Assembly (NCBI RefSeq): GCF_902459465.1
Contig: NW_022985711.1
Coordinates: 124,001 to 188,000 of the forward strand
Reading direction: 5' to 3'
DNA from: Asterias rubens
Taxonomy: Eukaryota
DNA: 64,000 nucleotides
Position 1 is the first letter of the stretch. Each line of letters opens with the position of its first letter. Positions 59,001-64,000 of this stretch are shown here, in pieces. The translations under genes were made by a program, and so were the position numbers. The notes beneath the pieces were generated by a model. It did no database searches. It was not told the origin of the DNA and was given only the letters and a program-made list of their open reading frames with translations.

Positions 59001-62000
59001 TTGGGACCTATAGCTTTACTGTCGCTCCGAATCATTCAACCAACTCCAACCTCCGAGTACAGAGTGAAGTTCTTTGGATGTGCAGGTAAAGAAATTCACA
59101 GTGTTTCTTTTTATGAATAAATTTGAGGCGACAAAAGGAATTATTTTTGACCTCTCAATGTTTAACATTTCTCTTGACTTCAATATCAACAGCTTTGCCA
59201 TCTACAACTGCAGCAACAACAGAGAAAGTAACCACAACAGTTGTGACAACTTCTCCTGAAGCAACCACCACAGAGATAACCACTGTGGAGATAACTTCAG
59301 GTAAGTGCAAAAGAGTGATCGTTGTTGGTACTTTTCCATCGTTACTCTTGGTATTTCAGACAAATTGCTGGTTCTTTCTTTTTGATTTGTTTCCTTAATT
59401 ATGTGTTTGTATTTGTTGATTTGATGCAGGGCCAGCCACAACATCAGTTACGACAGCTGGACCAACAACTACACAAGCATCAACAACTACCACAAATGTC
59501 ACTACAGTATCGGTTCCATCAACTACAGCTGCAGCTACAACCTCGGCTGTACCCACAACAACTGAAGTGGTCACAACAACTAGTGCTGTTTTGACTACCA
59601 CTCCTACAGGAACAACCTCTGAGGAGACAACTGTTGTGACTACCAGCCCAGTGTCAACTACCACTGGTAAAATTTCCTTTCATAATTGTTCTCCTACTTC
59701 AAACTCTCATTTTGCATTACTGTCTAAATTAAAGATATGAAAACATTTGGCATTATTTCTTCAAAAAAATGTCATAAGCTTACTAAATATATGTCTAGAA
59801 ATCTTTTGTTAACCATTAAATTCCTTCACACAGGACAAGCAACAAGTACTGAAGTTTCAACCAGTAGTGTAACAACTACCTCAGCTGGTACCACTACTGC
59901 AGGTCCAACTTCAACTGAACAAACCACTACCACAGTTGTGACATCTTCTCCTGAGGCAACCACCACAGAGATAACCACTGTGGAGATAACTTCAGGTCAG
60001 TACAAAAGAATGGTCTTGAGTTTTACTGTTTTTAAAACCTTTCTCAGGGGGGTGTTTCAGCAAAATTGTTGTTTGTTTCTTTTTTATTTGTTTGCTTAAT
60101 TATGTGTTTGTATTTGTTGATTTGATGCAGGGCCAGCCACAACATCAGTTACGACAGCTGGACCAACAACTACACAAGCATCAACAACTACGACAAATGT
60201 CACTACAGTATCGGTTCCATCAACTACAGCTGCAGCTACAACCTCGGCTGTGCCCACAACAACTGAAGTGGTCACAACAACTAGTGCTGTTTTGACTACC
60301 ACTCCTACAGGAACAACCTCTGAGGAGACAACTGTTGTGACTACCAGCCCAGTGTCAACTACCACTGGTAAAATTTCCTTTCATAATTGTTCTCCTACTT
60401 CAAACTCTCATTTTGCATTACTGTCTAAAGTGAAGATATGAAAACATTTGGCGTTGTTTCTTCAAAAAAATGTCATAAGCTTACTAAATATATGTCTAGA
60501 AATCTTTTGTTAACCATTAAATTCCTTCACACAGGACAAGCAACAAGTACTGAAGTTTCAACCAGTAGTGTAACAACTACCTCAGCTGGTACAACTACTG
60601 CAGGTCCAACTTCAACTGAACAAACCAGTACCACGGTTGTGACATCTTCTCCTGAGGCAACCACCACAGAGATAACCACTGTGGAGATAACTTCAGGTCA
60701 GTACAAAAAGAATGGTCTTGAATTTACTTTTCCAACCTTGCTCAGGGGGGTGTTCCAGACAAACTGCTGATTCGTTCTTTTTTATTTGTTTGCTTAATTA
60801 TGTGTTTGTATTTGTTGATTTGATGCAGGGCCAGCCACAACATCAGTTACGACAGCTGGACCAACAACTACACAAGCATCGACAACTACGACAAATGTCA
60901 CTACAGTATCGGTTCCATCAACTACAGCTGCAGCTACAACCTCGGCTGTGCCTACAACAACTGAAGTGGTCACAACAACTAGTGCTGTTTCGACTATCAC
61001 TCCTACAGGAACAACCTCTGAGGAGACAACTGTTGTGACTACCAGCCAAGTGTCAACTACCACTGGTAAATTTGTTTTTTGAGAAAGAAGTTTTGGTCAG
61101 AAAAATACTTAAAAAAAAACAATTATCTGTTAGATTGAACCATACAAATTTGTAGGCTCAGCTGCTGTACCTTAAATTCTTTGTTTAAATATGCTTCCTT
61201 CACAGGAGTGCCGACAAGTACTGAAGTTTCAACCACTAGTGTAACAACCACCGCAGCTAGTACAACTTCTGCAGGTCAAAATTATTTCCTTATTACTACT
61301 GTTGTCTTTTTGTTGTCATTTTGGGCAGTGAAGATTTGAAATTTAGGCAAACACTTTTTCTTAATTAGGTACTGTTATTACATGTTAATTTCGAAAAATT
61401 GTTTATCCTTGATGTATAACTTTGTTGGTGTGTGACATTTTCATGTTTGAATTTCCAATACAAACATTAAATTGATTAAAATTCTTAAATTCATATTTTC
61501 CTTTATTTTCTAGGTACGACTTCAGCACCATGTTTGGACAACCTGGATGATGTAGTTAAAGTCGAACGAATAAATTTGGATGACTTTTCCGAGTTGTCTG
61601 CTGATGATTGGTCGATACCATCAAACCCCCCACAAGATGAGAGTACACCATATACTGGTTCCTCATTGGTTACTACATTCGAGCCCAATGTCAAATTGGT
61701 TGCAATAATGGTTGAGAAAAAAGGCGATGTGGTCGAAGACATTAAATTTTCCCTCACTGGAAAGTCTAATCGTGGAGACACAGCGTTTACACCAATAGAA
61801 AATGCTGATGGTGGAGCCATATTTACTGGCAAAACATACAGCTACATTTTTTTACCTAACGACTTGGGACCTATAGCTTTACTGTCGCTCCGAATCATTC
61901 AACCAACTCCAACCTCCGAGTACAGAGTGAAGTTCTTTGGATGTGCAGGTAAAGAAATTCACAGTGTTTCTTTTTATGAATAAATTTGAGGCGACAAAAG

Positions 62001-63928
62001 GAATTATTTTTGACCTCTCAATGTTTAACATTTCTCTTGACTTCAATATCAACAGCTTTGCCATCTACAACTGCAGCAACAACAGAGAAAGTAACCACAA
62101 CAGTTGTGACAACTTCTCCTGAAGCAACCACCACAGAGATAACCACTGTGGAGATAACTTCAGGTAAGTGCAAAAGAGTGATCGTTGTTGGTACTTTTCC
62201 AACGTTACTCTTGGTATTTCAGACAAATTGCTGGTTCTTTCTTTTTGATTTGTTTCCTTAATTATGTGTTTGTATTTGTTGATTTGATGCAGGGCCAGCC
62301 ACAACATCAGTTACGACAGCTGGACCAACAACTACACAAGCATCAACAACTACCACAAATGTCACTACAGTATCGGTTCCATCAACTACAGCTGCAGCTA
62401 CAACCTCGGCTGTACCCACAACAACTGAAGTGGTCACAACAACTAGTGCTGTTTTGACTACCACTCCTACAGGAACAACCTCTGAGGAGACAACTGTTGT
62501 TACTACCAGCCCAGTGTCAACTACCACTGGTAAAATTTCCTTTCATAATTGTTCTCCTACTTCAAACTCTCATTTTGCATTACTGTCTAAATTAAAGATA
62601 TGAAAACATTTGGCATTATTTCTTCAAAAAAATGTCATAAGCTTACTAAATATATGTCTAGAAATCTTTTGTTAACCATTAAATTCCTTCACACAGGACA
62701 AGCAACAAGTACTGAAGTTTCAACCAGTAGTGTAACAACTACCTCAGCTGGTACCACTACTGCAGGTCCAACTTCAACTGTACAAACCAGTACCACGGTT
62801 GTGACATCTTCTCCTGAGGCAACCACCACAGAGATAACCACTGTGGAGATAACTTCAGGTCAGTACAAAAGAATGGTCTTGAGTTTTACTGTTTTTAAAA
62901 CCTTTCTCAGGGGGGTGTTCCAGACAAACTGCTGATTCGTTCTTTTTTATTTGTTTGCTTAATTATGTGTTTGTATTTGTTGATTTGATGCAGGGCCAGC
63001 CACAACATCAGTTACGACAGCTGGACCAACAACTACACAAGCATCAACAACTACCACAAATGTCACTACAGTATCGGTTCCATCAACTACAGCTGCAGCT
63101 ACAACCTCGGCTGTGCCTACAACAACTGAAGTGGTCACAACAACTAGTGCTGTTTCGACTACCACTCCTACAGGAACAACCTCTGAGGAGACAACTGTTG
63201 TGACTACCAGCCCAGTGTCAACTACCACTGGTAAAATTTCCTTTCATAATTGTTCTCCTACTTCAAACTCTCATTTTGCATTACTGTCTAAAGTAAAGAT
63301 ATGAAAACATTTGGCATTATTTCTTCAAAAAAATGTCATAAGCTTACTAAATATATGTCTAGAAATATTTTGTTAACCATTAAATTTCTTCACACAGGAC
63401 TAGCAACAAGTACTGAAGTTTCAACCAGTAGTGTAACAACTACCTCAGCTGGTACAACTACTGCAGGTCCAACTTCAACTGAACAAACCAGTACCACGGT
63501 TGTGACATCTTCTCCTGAGGCAACCACCACAGAGATAACCACTGTGGAGATAACTTCAGGTCAGTACAAAAGAATGGTCTTGAGTTTTACTTTTCCAACC
63601 TTGCTCAGGGGGGTGTTCCAGACAAACTGCTGATTCGTTCTTTTTTATTTGTTTGCTTAATTATGTGTTTGTATTTGTTGATTTGATGCAGGGCCAGCCA
63701 CAACATCAGTTACGACAGCTGGACCAACAACTACACAAGCATCGACAACTACGACAAATGTCACTACAGTATCGGTTCCATCAACTACAGCTGCAGCTAC
63801 AACCTCGGCTGTGCCTACAACAACTGAAGTGGTCACAACAACTACTGCTGTTTCGACTGTCACTCCTACAGGAACAACCTCTGAGGAGACAACTGTTGTG
63901 ACTACCAGCCAAGTGTCAACTACCACTG
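35061..63928 (+). CDS. Gel-forming mucin-like/VWD protein, 3'-partial: signal peptide, D1-D2-D'-D3, then Thr-rich repeats with discoidin-like domains; about 2488 aa in the window
   Basis: Exons 35061-35098, 35210-35256, 35578-35673, 36222-36302, 36423-36609, 37007-37143, 38994-39452, 40913-41038, 41649-41757, 43496-43759, 44361-44577, 44850-45060, 45591-45764, 46591-46718, 47857-47966, 48333-48379, 48566-48803, 49580-49629, 50849-50914, 52279-52530, 53318-53625, 54682-54838, 55500-55737, 56602-56651, 56904-56975, 57756-57896, 58193-58429, 58651-59085, 59193-59300, 59430-59666, 59834-59995, 60131-60367, 60535-60696, 60829-61065, 61206-61274, 61514-61948, 62056-62163, 62293-62529, 62697-62858, 62994-63230, 63398-63559 and 63692-63928. 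All are GT-AG and phase-consistent. There are three VWD domains (RTFDG, NSFDG, ITFDG, each with G(L/M)CGN), plus C8, TIL and E modules. The first four exons (predicted signal peptide MPLCILLLFFSLKWVCC) are less certain. Confidence 0.9.
36650..36931. mobile_element. Kolobok/T2-like MITE, left end lost
   Basis: Right TIR GTGTCCAGTGTCT-TTAA. Confidence 0.75.
38065..38196. mobile_element. About 132-bp palindromic MITE
   Basis: Copy of 9862-9997. Confidence 0.8.
40176..40310. mobile_element. Harbinger-like MITE (TIR CCGTCGATTTCAC, CAG TSD)
   Basis: CAG on both flanks; relatives at about 40600-40770 and 45805-45870. Confidence 0.75.
41228..41370 (+). repeat. About 21-bp minisatellite (GGGACCARTGGTAGAACCAGC)
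   Basis: 5-6 degenerate units. Confidence 0.75.
41827..42194. mobile_element. Non-autonomous hAT element with an 8-bp TSD
   Basis: TSD TAGCTAAG at 41819-41826 and 42195-42202; termini GAGGCCTGGGCGAA and TTCGCCCAGCACTA. Confidence 0.85.
42726..42973. mobile_element. PIF/Harbinger-like MITE (CTG TSD)
   Basis: CTG-GGCCCAATTTC...GAAATTGGGCC-CTG. Confidence 0.8.
43879..44118. mobile_element. PIF/Harbinger-like MITE inserted in a SINE head (CTG TSD)
   Basis: Removing it rejoins CTCAAGCTCTG to GTGTTTCTGATCAGC of the tRNA-derived SINE at about 43840-44200. Confidence 0.8.
44690..44780 (+). pseudogene. Intronic partial copy of mucin exon 12 (pseudo-exon or alternative exon)
   Basis: 50 of 56 nt are identical to 44892-44947, and the segment ends in a GTAAG donor at 44781. 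Confidence 0.7.
45103..45481. mobile_element. Kolobok/T2-like MITE
   Basis: TIRs present; the right TTAA is mutated. Confidence 0.8.
46308..46564. mobile_element. Harbinger/Tourist-like MITE (TIR GGGTGCGTTCG, TAA TSD)
   Basis: TAA on both flanks; it ends 26 nt before the mucin exon 14 acceptor. Confidence 0.8.
46665..47668 (+). repeat. Minisatellite of 127/128-bp units, each containing the mucin exon 14 3' end and splice donor
   Basis: GGTGAG|GTAAGT junctions at 46718 (real), 46846, 46974, 47101, 47228, 47355, 47483 and 47611. Confidence 0.95.
48944..49189 (+). repeat. Three tandem units of about 80-90 bp
   Basis: CTCCTGGGGCTGAAACAGGGTT..GGATGTAGGCATGGGTATCATCCACTAGGAGC starting at 48944, 49024 and 49116. 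Confidence 0.85.
51248..51632. mobile_element. Kolobok/T2-like MITE, complete
   Basis: TIRs with TTAA on both flanks. Confidence 0.88.
52618..52868 (+). mobile_element. 5'-truncated CORE-like SINE
   Basis: Same family as 20868-21215, with a GCGCTATATAA tail. Confidence 0.7.
52904..53291. mobile_element. Kolobok/T2-like MITE, complete
   Basis: Perfect TIRs with TTAA flanks; it ends 26 nt before the exon 21 acceptor. Confidence 0.9.
53717..54036. mobile_element. Kolobok/T2-like MITE with an internal deletion
   Basis: TTAA flanks; inserted into an older repeat whose empty paralog is at about 12781-12900. Confidence 0.85.
54882..55107. mobile_element. PIF/Harbinger-like MITE
   Basis: Same subfamily as 13199-13430. 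Confidence 0.75.
55783..56162. mobile_element. Kolobok/T2-like MITE, more diverged
   Basis: Left TIR intact, right TIR degenerate. Confidence 0.8.
58651..59085 (+). CDS. Mucin exon 28: Cys-bracketed, degenerate discoidin/F5-8 type C-like domain, copy 1
   Basis: APC...W...SLVTTF..VKLVAI.V...F.G...PIALLSLRIIQP...YRVKFFGC matches the F5/8C strand pattern by eye. Confidence 0.7.
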
Positions 63929-64000
63929 GTAAATTTGTTTTTTGAGAAAGAAGTTTTGGTTAGAAAAATACTTAAAAAAAAACAATTATCTGTTAGATTG
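58881..64000 (+). repeat. Higher-order intragenic tandem repeat: 2863-bp period with an internal period of about 700 bp
   Basis: Every exon from 58651 to 61065 recurs exactly 2863 bp downstream, with near-identical introns. Confidence 0.95.
61514..61948 (+). CDS. Mucin exon 36: discoidin/F5-8 type C-like domain, copy 2
   Basis: Paralog of 58651-59085, with the same length and phase. Confidence 0.7.

Noticed and set aside
58158-63926. Repeated minus-strand 89-aa Val-rich ORFs and plus-strand Gln/Leu-rich ORFs
   Set aside because: Antisense and shifted frames of the Thr-rich (ACN) mucin exons.

Overview
Intron-rich animal genomic DNA, probably from an echinoderm such as a sea star (an inference from protein similarity and repeat content, not proven). 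I reconstructed four spliced genes by hand. (1) METTL5 on the minus strand: 7 exons, 237 aa. (2) KAT2A/B (GCN5/PCAF) on the plus strand, head-to-head with METTL5: 17 exons, 835 aa, with one GC-AG intron. (3) CIR1 on the minus strand, tail-to-tail with KAT2: 6 exons, 505 aa. (4) The 5' part of a large gel-forming mucin-like gene on the plus strand: at least 42 exons and about 2488 aa in the window, running off the right edge. Its order is signal peptide, D1-D2-D'-D3 (VWD/C8/TIL/E), then Thr-rich repeats interrupted by degenerate discoidin (F5/8C)-like domains. Introns carry many MITEs, tRNA-derived SINEs and LINE remnants. The most unusual features are: tandem arrays that have amplified real splice junctions (9 decoy acceptors in KAT2 intron 2 and 7 decoy donors after mucin exon 14); a duplicated METTL5 terminal exon; a mucin domain built from symmetric phase-1 exon cassettes in a 2863-bp higher-order repeat; altered D3 cysteine wiring; and decayed minimal hammerhead-like motifs. 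All coordinates and alignments were read by eye, and no database searches were run.
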